Below, one piece after another: positions 50,801 to 62,652 of a stretch of 64,000 nt of DNA (its first letter is position 1; the number at the start of each line of letters is the position of its first letter). Made by a program: the position numbers and the translations under genes. Source of the stretch: Tubiluchus corallicola (taxonomy: Eukaryota; Animalia; Priapulida). Where the stretch lies: the NCBI GenBank assembly GCA_030141605.1, contig JAQGDQ010000640.1, positions 56,402 through 120,401 of the forward strand, in the 5' to 3' direction. Below the pieces are notes generated by a model. It saw only the letters and a list, made by a program, of their open reading frames with translations, had not been told where the DNA came from and ran no database searches.

Positions 50801-53800
50801 GCAACATTGATAATAAAATTGCGTTGGGTTACTCACTTTCACTGTAACTCTATAAAGCCATCTATTTCACCATAATATTGTTCCCGGTCTGGTTCATGTA
50901 ATTGGTTTTAGCCAGTTTTTATACTTTGATGTCACAATAGAATTATGTCACATTCTAAATATTCTTACATGAAAACTGACACCATCACAACAATAAATGA
51001 CATTCTAAATGACATATCCAAGCAGTTAGGCAGAAAAAACTCAATAAGAGAGTAACTCAGTGATTCCGAATCTGGACTAGTTTTTATTTATATATACTTT
51101 CTTCTCCGCTTTTCTTTTAATATGACTGCTGCTCCAAAATGAGTATCAACAGAGGACGGAACTTGTAAATATTGTTAAAAAAAGACAGCTGATCTCTCAC
51201 AAATTTTTATCATACTTTTGATATTTTACTAATAGAAGGGCAGCTCTTTTTCAACAATCCCGCTGCCAACTTAAACTGCAAAGTTAAAAAACAATAGGCT
51301 TAATCTATGCACAACAATTAATTAGCAGAAACTAAAATTCATTTCAGAGAGTGATTCCTAGAAGATGGACATTGTGACATCATAATATAAAAACGGCTAA
51401 AAACAATTACATGAACAAGATCAAGAACAATATTATGTTGAAATAGCCGGCTTTACAGAGCTGCTTTGAAAATAAATAAATAAATAAATTTTCCAAAAAC
51501 ATCATTTATTGTAAACTTTTACTTTTTTTATGTGTCAGTATGCATAGCATCACACTATGTTATCAGATGAATTTATACACTACGAATAATAACTAGTAAA
51601 AAAAAAATTACGTGTTGTCAGTGACACTCTGAGCAAATTTCCAACAAAATAGAGAAGCTACCATTCTTTACAATAGTTCAGCATACCTGGTTGAAAGACA
51701 GTTGAGGAGGGGGCGCTATGTCACGGTCCGGGTCAGAATTCAAACCCTGTCGGGACAAATCAACAACTGGTGTCATAACTCCCTTGCCGCCTTGCCTTTC
51801 TTTCTGTTGCTAAAAGTAGCATGAGATTAAACATACAATTAAGGACTTTATAATTTGATTTTACCTCAGTTGTCACAGTGATGTTTGGAGACAAAAGACC
51901 CACAAAGGCATCTAAAATCATTTTTAGATACTTTAGATGCTGATGGCATAATACAGCATCTACTCAATGTTGAAGTTCATGGTGAACCGGGCTCAGTACC
52001 AATGCTAACCTTTTCAGAAGCGACGCTCAACCTGTAGGTGCGTCTTTGTTATATTCTGTTGTATGTGCATTCTCAATCTATCAGGGAAACTGCCAAAAAT
52101 AAGTATTGAATCTCAGTGGCGAGAAACCTTTCACTGACCAGCGCAGGTATCGTAAAGTATACTTTGGGACTACTTGGTTTATCAGGTCACGGCTAAAATC
52201 TCAGTCCTCAGATGATTACTTTTGGAAACTATTTGCATATGAAAGAACTAATTAAAACTAGACAAACCTTTGCCTGAGTTAATGCTGTTTTCTTCAACTG
52301 GAGTTGTGACTGCAAAAGTTTTATGCTAGAAGACCAGTCAGCTAAAAATAAAAATAAATACGTAAAAACAAAAGAATGCACAACATGGCTTCTTTAAAAA
52401 AGACATATAAACATAATAAATATTCACACTTGCACTTACTGCTATTCAAGTTCACATGTTAGCAGTTTGCAGTTAGGGTTATCCAACATGCTTTCCATGA
52501 AAAACAATGCTTTCATCATACGTTGTACACGTTACAGACAATGCGTGAAATCGAGCATTCTATACAATGTCTAGGCATTTTATAGAGTGTCAAAACAAGC
52601 CAGACAAAGTGTCTAAAATAATTTCTTTTACAATTTTCCTAAGCATTACAAATAATGCAAAAGTTTGTTTTGGAGAAGTATGCAATTTATTCAACTTCTA
52701 CAACATAATGCCAACTTCAGGCACACATGGGGTGCAAGTTTAATGCAAATAAAAGAGATGAGATAAAATAAGTTTTGAAATATTAAATGTAATACGTACA
52801 ACTTACAATATATAAATTACTGGTATCTCAACGTATATCATAAAATATACTGTTTCTAGTACTACCTAATCCAGAAGTCCAGTAGGCCAGAGCCTAGTGA
52901 TATTATTGGGAAACTATGACAAAGCTCTCTCGTGACAGAGATTACATATAGTTTGAACAGTAAATCGAAAATAAATAGATTCTAGAACTCCATGGTGATA
53001 TTGGAGAATAATTGACAATAATCGTGTTGTAGCATTATTTATCTAATTATCTACTGGCAGCAGGTCATGGAATGAACATCTAAAAGCAGTGACGCACAAA
53101 AGTCATTCTTTCATTATTCAACAACAACTTGAGAAATAAAGAGTCACTGCAAAAATTAGCAAAATGTTGATCCACGCTACAAAAGCGATGTAGGCATAGA
53201 AATCATTATACTATATATTATACCATACAATACTATACATTATACATTCAAAATAATGTTACATTGGCTCGGTTTCTAACTTTAATGTGGCATGTTTGAT
53301 CAGGGTTGTGGAGTCGGTACATTAAACTCCCGTCTCCGGGTCCTAGAACTTTAGAAGCTGCAACTCCGACTCTGACTCCAACTTCTAAAATTTTGGAAGT
53401 CCTGACTTCGACTCCTGCCTTTAAATAATAGTTTATAGTACTCTCAATTATATTTAGATACAGTGGCATTTCACCATTACCAAGTGAATCATCAGGCTTG
53501 CTAGGCATTCATCAAGCCAATTACGAAGTAAGTAAAAGATTATTTGGCCTAAATAAACAATAGTAATAGTCTTAATATGTCGCTGAAATATATTTCCCAG
53601 AAAAGGTAATTATGACAAAGTTGAATTCCTTAACTATGGCAATACATGTAATTATAAACTGATAATTACCCGGTAATTTTTCACAGATGTTTGCAAAAAT
53701 AAAAACATACTGTAAACATTTTAAGAACAACAAGTATCTAACGAGAGGTTGTAATTGCTCGAGGAAAGAAGCTCCCACCTGAGCCATAATGATGGGCAGT

Positions 53801-54166
53801 TTACTTTTGCTGAAATAACTAACTTAATGTGACCTAATATACATTGGTATTAAGTATAATTGTTTTAAAAGAAACTGGAGTTGGAGTTTGTCTATTTTTA
53901 CAGACTCCCCAACCAATAAGTGTACTCCTGAGTCCCGACTCCGACTCCAAAGCCCTAATGCAACTCCGACTCCTTTAACAATAAATTTGCTGCTGAGTCG
54001 GACTCCGCACAACGGCTCCACAGACCTGTGTTTGATATGATTTAATAATATGTAGAGATTTACCGCACTGTAAACAACATTCCTGATTACAGGTTACAGA
54101 ATGTCCGACAAGCAAATACTTACTGCTGCTCTTGGTGTCTATCTCACCACTGTCGTAGAGGGACAT
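44798..54166 (-). CDS. RBM17: Splicing factor 45 / RNA-binding motif protein 17 (complete, 10 coding exons, 398 aa)
   Basis: Join of 54124-54166, 52268-52341, 51687-51809, 50472-50647, 49039-49223, 48330-48384, 47589-47740, 46773-46990, 46245-46317, 44798-44895 gives 1197 nt from ATG to TAA with all phases matching. Motifs: MSLYD, WSSSIKLLQSQLQLKK, EYDPLWPHDYEK, GAAIAPPPSL (SPF45 motif), G-patch VAAKIMAKYGFKEGQGLGKTEQG, UHM SKVVLLRNMVGPGEVDDDLEPET...RIFIEF...LNGRYFGGRVVKA. Confidence 0.96.
45115..45654. mobile_element. Kolobok-like MITE, family with a second copy at 63465-63906
   Basis: TTAA|AGGAACACCAGACGATTGT ... ACAATCGTCCGGTTTTCCT|TTGA; clear homology to the inverted copy near the window end. 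Confidence 0.8.
45796..46225 (+). mobile_element. Internally deleted RTE-clade retroelement (bipartite, SINE-like) with 18-bp TSD
   Basis: RTE-type 5'UTR (GGTCCCAAGCCCAGATAAATAGGGAGGGTT...GGAAGGGCAT), RT C-terminal remnants (LKGKVHKEVVRPALIYRLE; RLRWHGHLKRR), 3' end GACCCC..GGGAAAAGC..GAAG; TSD ATCCTT(G/C)ATGATAAACTA at 45778-45795 and 46226-46243. Confidence 0.85.
46245..46317 (-). CDS. RBM17: SPF45 exon 9 (UHM)
   Basis: IPDNPDDEAVRIFIEFDRVEAAIK. Confidence 0.95.
46773..46990 (-). CDS. RBM17: SPF45 exon 8 (start of UHM)
   Basis: NPSKVVLLRNMVGPGEVDDDLEPETAEECSKYGRVVKCLIFE. Confidence 0.96.
47589..47740 (-). CDS. RBM17: SPF45 exon 7 (G-patch)
   Basis: GSVAAKIMAKYGFKEGQGLGKTEQGMSQALQVEKTSKRGGKII. 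Confidence 0.96.
48330..48384 (-). CDS. RBM17: SPF45 exon 6 (small)
   Basis: VKLEEDQRPGSNFAPSLG; phase 1/2, required to bridge exons 5 and 7. Confidence 0.85.
49039..49223 (-). CDS. RBM17: SPF45 exon 5
   Basis: ...DEEEEYDRQPSRKGSGAAIAPPPSLMED. Confidence 0.92.
49441..49830. mobile_element. MITE, possibly PIF/Harbinger-like
   Basis: Inverted termini GCCATCCACATA ... TATGTGGATGGC with TTA-like flanks; internal direct repeat CTACCTTGCG..ATAA..TTATCAT. Confidence 0.55.
50472..50647 (-). CDS. RBM17: SPF45 exon 4
   Basis: ...IPNEYDPLWPHDYEKIIKERREERERQRE; AAG acceptor, so the start is slightly uncertain. Confidence 0.9.
51687..51809 (-). CDS. RBM17: SPF45 exon 3
   Basis: QQKERQGGKGVMTPVVDLSRQ...; phase 0/0. 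Confidence 0.85.
52268..52341 (-). CDS. RBM17: SPF45 exon 2
   Basis: DWSSSIKLLQSQLQLKKTALTQAK. Confidence 0.93.
53301..54028. mobile_element. hAT MITE with perfect 8-bp TSD
   Basis: TGTTTGAT|CAGGGTTGTGGAGTCG ... CGGCTCCACAGACCTG|TGTTTGAT; subterminal (GACTCC)n arrays. Confidence 0.9.
54124..54166 (-). CDS. RBM17: SPF45 coding exon 1 (MSLYDSGEIDTKSS)
   Basis: Conserved MSLYD start; GTAAGT donor, phase 1. Confidence 0.9.
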
Positions 54167-55718
54167 TCTTGCTAGCAAATCTAAGTCCAAGACAAAACTT
54201 ACCACACACGTCTCAACACTAATCTGAAACAAAAATAAATTAATGCAAACGTGAATACTCAATGCACAAACATGATAGGCATGGATAAGCATGATTAACA
54301 AAGATACTGCATACATTAATATGATAAAACTAAATTGAAATCTATGCAAACAAAACTATGAAAAGCCTAAAGCTATAAAACTGCATCAAAAACACATCAA
54401 TACTCCGTTGAATTTAACTCATTGGGAAATCACTTATCTCATAAAACAAAGAATTATGTTAAAAAACAAAAAATAAATTCAGAAAAATACATCACCGCTA
54501 AAACCTTCATGAGACACTAATCCCAAGAAATAACCTACTGAAATAGTTAAGTCCTGTGCCTTCCACCCAGTTTCTGTATTATTTATCAAACCAGCATGTA
54601 GTGAAACTGATCATTAACCTTAACAACTACATATTAGGAGCTAAACATAGAACAAAATCTAATGCTGTCAAGTATGCAATCTGCTCTTCTGATGAATTGC
54701 AATGAGGGAAGTGCAAAATTATATTAAATGCTTTTTGAATCTTCAGTTGCTTCTGAGGTATATGTCATTATATTCAAATATAGTATAACATCGCTATATT
54801 GAACCTGTTAATAGTGTTATGAGTACTCTACGACCAGTACTAGATGGACAAGCACGTATTAATAATAAAAGTGTATAAATATTGGACAATGTGTAGCTTC
54901 ATACAGGATGTAAAGTAATTTCAGGCACTATCAAGTGTCAACTACTTTGCAGTATATGCAAATTCAATGAAATATATTTTATCTGACTTCAATAAACTAA
55001 GTAAAAAATTAACGTTTCAAACTTTCATATTAAATTGCATGTACGCGTAATTTGTGATGCACGTTCAGCTGTAAATTTACATGACAACTGACAAGTTCAG
55101 AAAAGCCAATGAGATTCAAAAAATAATCAATTTTGTTTGCACAAAATTTGTTTGTCCCTTGTATAAAGCTTTTGCAGCAAAGTAACTGCAGTAGTGTTCA
55201 TCAACAACCATCATCAGTATCCATGGACACGATTCTATTCACCTCTTTATGCCAGGAATCCTTACTCGATGCAATGCCCCAAAGGCATTCACCTCTCAGG
55301 ATCAGACCCGAAGTGTTTAAATCTTTATGTGCATTATTCTCACCTGCAGTAGTGTTCACTGTTCATCACTTGCGAAAAGTAAGAATGGCAGAAACCTTCC
55401 GTAATGTTCATCAGTGCTGTCATGCAGGATTGCCGAGTATCTTTGATACGACCAAGATAGCCCACGGCATGACTCTCTATAATGCTCCGTTTATACGTGT
55501 AGAGAGGTTTTCTGCGGGATTTCGAGCTCGGTTTCCGTAGCGTAAAGTAATCAAGCAGTTCAAACGATCACAATTCAACTTATTCATTCCAACCAGTGTG
55601 GACTTCATGCATGTAAAATCGCACGTAGAGTCCTATTAATTTTGTTTTCTTTAAATTTACTAGATTAAAATTTAATTTGCATTAAATTAATTAAAGCAGT
55701 GCCTTTGCAGATGACATA

Positions 55719-55973
55719 CAGGGTCATCTTAATACATGGGCATGTTGAGCAGCTGCTCAGGGGCCCAACGAGCATATGCATCTCATGCTGTTCTATATAT
55801 GTTGCGACTTGCTGTCAATAAACAAATACTGCGTTATACTATACTGGAAGTAGCAATACAATTATGTTTAATTTTATCGACAATTTATATTTTTTTCTAT
55901 GAGTGCTTACGTAGGTACGGGCCCCAATGCAAAGCTTTTCCCTGGGGCCTATAATGCTGTTATGATGGCCCTG
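55719..55973. mobile_element. hAT (Tip100-like) MITE, degenerate
   Basis: CAGGGTCATCTTAA ... TTATGATGGCCCTG termini with internal GGGCCC motifs; TSD only partly preserved. Confidence 0.55.
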
Positions 55974-56224
55974 ATGATGTCTTAACAAACTACATTAAAT
56001 TTTTCTGATTGGTTGGTTAAAGAAAATCCACGTAGAAAACAGCTCAATTTGCAGCCCAGAAACTCAGTGTATTGCTTCCATGCATGGGGGATTAGGGTCA
56101 GTGATCATTGATCAAGGGCCATAGCCAGTGAATAAAAAGGATTGTAGAGAGAGCTATATGTGGTGACAATAATCAATGGAATAGAGACGGTTTCCTTGAG
56201 TGAACTATAACATCTACCTGTTAA

Positions 56225-56610
56225 TTTGATTGTTAGTTAGTTAGTTACAATGACTATCACACGGTACAGTTAGTCAACTATCAACCCAACAGTCATTAAT
56301 GTACGTATCTAGACAATCAGTGACTTAAACAATCTGTTAGGGTATCGCTAGTTCAATCAATCTGCTAGCCCATCAATCAGTCAGAACAATTAGTTGAATA
56401 AGTAATCATCCAGTAATCAGTTTTTCAGTTAGTCACTCAGTTTGAGGACGCCAGCTAATCATACAGTTAAGTCTTCGGTATTCAGTCAGTTAGTTAGTCA
56501 GCCTGTTAGTTAATCAGTCAATCAGTTAAGTGTCAGGAGCTGGCAGTTAATCTAATAGTCAGACAACTATTAAGAGTCGGGCAGTTTATCAGTCAATTAA
56601 TTTGCTAGTC
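56225..56610. repeat. Degenerate (TAGT/TCAG/TCAA)n tetranucleotide low-complexity tract
   Basis: Runs of TTAG, TCAG and TCAA; similar tracts at about 38490-38810 and 58530-58575. Confidence 0.6.
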
Positions 56611-58204
56611 TACTTTCTTATGCATTAATTATGCAAACTTGATGTTTTGGCTGTTCTGCAACTTTTTTTCAAAAGTAGGATTATTAGTCGAAAATTCTTG
56701 CATGCGGATTTAGTAGAGAAAATAGATATATGCGAAGTTTATTATTTTGGGCAATGACTCGTTTTAACATTGAAAACAAAATGGTGACCAGAGCTGTTTG
56801 GACACCGGGTAGCTCACATCACGAGATGTAATGAAGAGTGCGAGGCAGCAGCAGAGAGTTGATTATTGGTCGCCTAGCTGTAAATACGTATACGACATGA
56901 GCTCTCAGAGGAAGTCAAAGTTGAAGGCTTTTTTCATCAAACTATTATTAGACGGGCAACAGAGTCGGAGAAGCTAGCTCCAGTGTAGCATGAAGAATGC
57001 AAAGCCTTAGCTGTTACACACTGAAGATTCCAATCAGCAATCCAAGGCAAATTAATTGCTCATGTGCAGTGTTACTCCAGCGGCAATAGTTAGAAAGTGT
57101 ATGCAGGATGCTAATTATAATATGATGATCATATATTATTATACTGTGGTTAGATGTAAACTGACTTGCCGTATTATGCAATGGAATTGTCTTCTTGTAC
57201 TTGTATGTAACATCTTCTTATCTTTAATAAACTTCCTCCATATTTACCACAAGCTGTTTGTACTGCATTTGTCATCACGAGCTAAAAACAACAAAAATTC
57301 TTCAAATTTAAGCTTCAAGTTCAAATTCAAATTCAAAAACCCCTATACTTAAGTGAATATAATAATTAACTATATATAATATAATATAATAACAAAATGG
57401 CAAATCTGAACGTTAAAATATTAATAGCAAAATAAAATAGAACCTTATTACAGTATTATACCGTAATGTTAAATGTTTTGTTTTTGTAAGTAACAAAACG
57501 TAATTAGTACCACTGCAGCAATAAATTATACCGAAAAGCGTCAATGTGTGTATTTAAGATGGGTCATTGCTAATTTTAATATGTATGCCCCTTTGACTAT
57601 TACAAAAATTAGTTAACTGACTGTTTCTAATTTTTGTTTGCCGGTTCAGTTACCTAGTTGTCTTATAGTCTGACTAATATACTAGTTGTCCAATCCATAA
57701 TAATATTTAAGACTGTAATTATTCTTGTATCATACAATTAAGCGAGACCAAAATAGCTTAACTTTTTCTTTGAAGCCTAACACTGTGAACTTGTTCTTCA
57801 TACTGCTAAAATTGGTTTTACATTGATTGTCACGTTGGTGACATTTAAAGGCAAATTTACGTATCTAACGAAATGATATAAGACTTGACTTGACTACTAG
57901 AACTAGCACTCGGCTATTATTACTGTGCAACTGTGCACGACATGCACTAAATCCAAGTCCAACAGTCTTTTAGACGTAATTCATGATTTTTTATTGTCCA
58001 AAATGGCCAATCATCGTCATATTCCAAAATCACTATCATATTATGACATGCTTGACTGGCTGACTGACATATTATGTGAGACTCGACCTCGTTTTATCTG
58101 AAGCAAATAAAAACAGTTTTTGATAATCCAATGTCAAAAAATTAATTAATTGTTATAATGAAAATGAATAATAATATGACGAAAAACAAAGAAATCAAAC
58201 TTAC

Positions 58205-58908
58205 ATCTTTGCTGCATCTTACTAACTTTTGCTAAAGAGAACTCGACTGACATGTTGTTAGAAAACGACATGAAGTACTGAAAAAAATGACTTCTTTCCT
58301 ATCCTGTCTCAAAAATGAGGCCAATAGCCTAGTTCCTGTCCTAGCTCACCTGTCGATCTACAGCCTAATTTTGCAAAAAAAAACAACCACAAGGAGGCAT
58401 CATGTGCTTATGTCCAAGACAGCAACAAAGGTTGTAGAACAGCCAAAATGCCCAGCTTGTGTAATAAATGTGCTGTAGTAGTATAATTATCTACGATGAC
58501 TTGGTGTAACTCATTGTTTTCTGATGGTCAAAGCCAGTCAGTGAGCCAGTTAGTCAGTAGTCAATGAGTCAGTATTTGTTTGCGGGATCACCATTTTTAT
58601 GTTTTTATATTAACTTAATTTATATCAGGTGTGACGTCTACAACCGTACTAATCACTATTGCCAATTAATCGGAATTGCAGTGTCCATTATTCATTGTTT
58701 GCAAAGCGAGAAATCATGTATTTATGTCTAAATGCATGGAAATCATTTTTATAACAATGGTTATTTTTGTAATTTATAATTAAAATAAAAATAAATGAGT
58801 GAAACAGGCAAGTTTACAGAAGCCAGAAGCCATCCATGGCAAAGTGATAGAGAGTGCAGAGACTTTACACGACAAATAAGTTGTCCCATATTGTTTTTGT
58901 TGCACAAT
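58205..58908. promoter_or_regulatory. Putative bidirectional promoter (SPF45 minus / TSR2 plus)
   Basis: The genes are divergent. A minus-strand GTAAGT donor at 58204 would define an SPF45 5'UTR exon ending about 700 bp from the TSR2 ATG. Confidence 0.4.
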
Positions 58909-58983
58909 ATGGCAGCCACCAGTTCTAGCCGAGTATTTCACGATGCTATTGAAAAAGTTTTCGGTTGTTGGCCTGCCTTACAG
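58909..58983 (+). CDS. TSR2: TSR2 exon 1
   Basis: [25 protein letters not shown]; CAG|GTACAA donor. Confidence 0.9.
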
Positions 58984-61900
58984 GTACAAATACTTTTATT
59001 GAACGAATATGTTCTGCACCATGTTTGTGCAGTGTCTGTATGTTGTTATTTTAATTTTATCTTGCTATCGTGATTGGCTATCTTTTCTGTTCTTATTTTA
59101 ATTACTTATATACTACTACGTACTAGTACTAGTAAAGTATGATGAGTCGTAATAATAATACTTAGTTGATGCAGAATTTTATCATTTTTGTAAAGAGCTA
59201 ATAATGTGATATCTGAGGTACTCCAATACTACTTGTTATTCTTACCTACTAATTTAGGCAGTATTGTTATAAGACTAAGTAAGAGTGATTTGGTCATCAT
59301 CATGGTTATTTATATTGAAGGTACCTTCAATATAGTTGCTGTGGCTGTTTTTGCAACTGCTTATGACTATTATAACAGGTCAATAATGAAACGTACAGCT
59401 CGGTAATGTTGTATTGTGTGTTCCTGCTATTCGTGCTAGTATGTGAAATTGTCTTTTAATTGTTGTAGGCCTATCGTATAACATTTTAAATATAAATTTT
59501 ACACCGAAATATAATCAGTCGATCAATCATGCAGAGTTGCAAAGTAACGAGACTCCTAAAAACTTATCAGTAGTAGTTAGACGAGTCTGTTTGTACATCA
59601 CTCAAATTCAGCTTGCCTCAAGCAGTTATCTGATATGCCAGCCAAATTACTGGTAATACATAGACACAAAATTAATCTTTATATAGTGAGTACTCTGCAG
59701 ACCAGTATCCCTAGTACTCAGCTGTCAATGGCAAGACCACTTTGGGGTTTTGCTGCATATGCATGTGCTCTCACTTCTTTCTCAAGCTATATATTTTTAA
59801 GTGTTCTCAAAGGTAGGTTTTGAGACTTGTAGCTATAAAGAAAGCAATTTGTAAAGGCACTGTTGTTCTTGTACATGGGTTTACACGATTTTTGGGCTTG
59901 TATAGGATCTTTGCACGCATACGTTTAGGTTTTACTTCTAAGAAGATTTTATCAGAATCAATATATTTTTGTTTTAGTCCTATATAAGTCGAAACTGTTA
60001 GTAGGCCTCTTTTGGGCCTGTAGTTTTTTGCTTATGTGAAATTATGATTTTGTGTTGAGGTGAAATTATGAGACGCATATTATAAGTGTTATAAAATGTT
60101 ATAATGTAGTAACCTAGTTAATAAAGTTGTTTGGCAGCCATTTTGAATATACTAGAAGTATATTTTTATTATCCATAACAACTTAAATTTTATTTTGTTG
60201 TTTCCATAGCATAAATATGTTCAGTATTATAAATTCTAAATGATTCATCATAAAATGGTCAAGGTGGCCATCTTGAATTTTTAATTTGGGTCAAAACCTG
60301 TGTTTTTCTTTTTGTGAATGTATATCTACATAAACAAAAGCTCATGAAGGAAATAAAATCTACGGTACACCTTTGCACACACAGGTGGTGGTGAAGTGAT
60401 TAGGCCTAATTAATGAGTGTTGCGGAATGAAACTGCTCTTGTTACCTTAATACAGGAGAATTATCTAGGACTAGGTACTTAAAGGACAAGAAAACCCTTT
60501 ATTTAAATAATTTCAATACTAAAAGATTTGTGTATGGACCATACTAACTTGTATTGTATTGTATACTGAGCTTGTATTAGCAACAGCCCTGTATAGAACC
60601 TGAAAATATGCAAAGCGATTTGTCCTTTCCTTTAAACCTGTACACATCAGAACATTGCTAGTAAATGCTTCTAAACATTTATGCAAAATAAGTGAGCATT
60701 TATATCTCCCAAACAGTTTTACTGTAATAGTTATATCAGTTTTGAACAATAGTAAAATTGATACCAAATATTTACTAAGAGATTTGCTCATTAAAAGTAT
60801 TATTCCAGCCTCACTTTTCATAATTTGTGCCAAGTGGTCAATTTTACCACGAATTGTTGGACACTCAATTTTGTTTCTCCATGCATGTATACACTTTGCA
60901 CACAAAAATTTGTGAATCCTTTCCAGATGGCAGTGGAGCAAGGATTTGGTGGAGTTTACAGCAAGGACAAAGCAGTATGGATGATCGATGCAGTGTACCA
61001 TTTTTTTCAGGAAAACGGTACCATAATTTTAATATTATTTACGTATTTATGTAGCTTCCAAGTTACGCCTCAATTCCTACATAATGTACACTTTTAGTTT
61101 CTAAAAGTACTTGGTGTTTCAACTAATCTTGTAGTGTTAATGGTCACGACTTATTGACAGGGTGCTGTTGATCACACGTTTATTATCAACGAGATGTGAT
61201 CAGTATTACACTACTGTACCTAAGGTTGTGGAGATATTGATTTATGTATTGTTTTGTTTGTTTGGGAATATTTTTGTTTCTGGCATATTTTTAATGATGT
61301 AGTTAAATGTGTTGAATCAGGTTTTTTGTTGGGAAATGATGGCTTTCTTTGTAGAAAATTAGTCTACCAGCTGCCTTTTTGTGCGTCAGCTTTAATACCC
61401 AGTTTCCAAGAAAAGTTCCACGTTCATGACATGCATCGTGTATGGAAACATATGATCAAGATTGTGCGTGCTTTGTTGCCTGCTGCATAATACAATATTT
61501 AATATTTATTTTCAGATAATCTGGAACCACATGAAGTGGAATATTTTATAGCAGAAATTCTCAATAATGAGTTTGACACTGTGATAGAAGATGGCACTTT
61601 ATATCAGGTGAACTAGGTTTCCTCATCATCTGGACTTGTTTTCTTGTTCCCGGTTGCTTTTTTGCACAGTTTGTCAGCCTTAAAATAAAGCTGTATTATG
61701 GGCAAAAATTAAAGATATGGAGGCATGTACCGTATTTTCCCGTGTATAAGAGACCCTTTTTTGATCAGAATTTTCACTTTAAAAATAGGGGGTCTCTTAT
61801 ACATGGGAGTAAGTCTTTTCAATAAGATGCATTTTACACTAATGATTTTAAAGAAATAAGTGCTCTACAACTGTTTTATTTCGAATAATTATAGTTTCCT

Positions 61901-62652
61901 TTCAATAAATCTTCTCCATGGCTAAATTCTAATGATAAAATTAATGTACCGGGTAAGTTATTATTTTTTTAAATGTCTCTTTGGTATTGGAGAGAAATCG
62001 ATTGTTCTGCAGCCAATCAACGCATCTGCATAAGCTCTCTGCATGCCCGTCGACATCATTGATACGTCGGCAGAGGTCAACGAGATGAGTCAGCCTAAGG
62101 AAGGCGTGTCGCGTTCGACTATGAAGCTATTGTAAGCAATGCCCGAAATTAAAAAACGTGCTTCTTATCCTGCAAATTTCAAACTAAAAGGTCTGACTCC
62201 AGTTGATATTTTTGATGAGAGTGATGAGGAATTTAATGATTTCTATGATGAATAAAGTTATTCATTACCAAAAAACTTTTTTCCAGAATTTTTGCCTAAA
62301 AATTGAAGGGGTCTCTTATACACAAGGGTCTCTTATACATGGGAAAATACGGTAATCTTCAGCAGCACTTGGTTGATAGTTGATACTAAATGCTTGTGTT
62401 TGAACCAAATCAGTATGTGATGCTATTTTACCTAAGCTTACAATTAAATACTAAATGATTTAATGGTGGCACCTTCTAATGCATTTAAACCCAAAATATT
62501 TTTTGCAGACCTCGGAATTGCTGAATCATTATTTCACACTCTGTGCTCAAGGAAGGGAAAATGAAGTTGTGGCAGATATGAACAAAATGCCATCTACTAC
62601 TGTCACGAGAGAGTGCCTTGCTAAATCTTCTTTAGCTGAAGCTCAAAATGAA
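58909..62652 (+). CDS. TSR2: Pre-rRNA-processing protein TSR2 homolog (4 exons reconstructed; 3' end unresolved or beyond the window)
   Basis: Join of 58909-58983, 60927-61017, 61516-61607, 62509-62652: [25 protein letters not shown]|[30 protein letters not shown]|[31 protein letters not shown]|TSELLNHYF... This matches the WGG-domain motifs W.ALQ.AV..GFGG and EFDT..EDG. Confidence 0.92.
60927..61017 (+). CDS. TSR2: TSR2 exon 2
   Basis: [30 protein letters not shown]. Confidence 0.92.
61516..61607 (+). CDS. TSR2: TSR2 exon 3
   Basis: [30 protein letters not shown]. Confidence 0.92.
61730..62352 (+). mobile_element. TcMar-Tc2/pogo-like non-autonomous element, copy B
   Basis: Same TIRs and TA flanks as 6165-6650, opposite orientation, different internal deletion. 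Confidence 0.9.
62509..62652 (+). CDS. TSR2: TSR2 exon 4
   Basis: [29 protein letters not shown]...; strong acceptor ttttttgcag; donor position less certain. Confidence 0.8.

Noticed and set aside
55133-55540. 135-aa ORF upstream of the SPF45 coding region
   Set aside because: Non-ATG start and no recognisable homology or splice signals; probably decayed repeat DNA.
60519-61001. 160-aa antisense ORF overlapping TSR2 exon 2
   Set aside because: No domain-like features; mostly intronic AT-rich sequence antisense to a well-supported exon.
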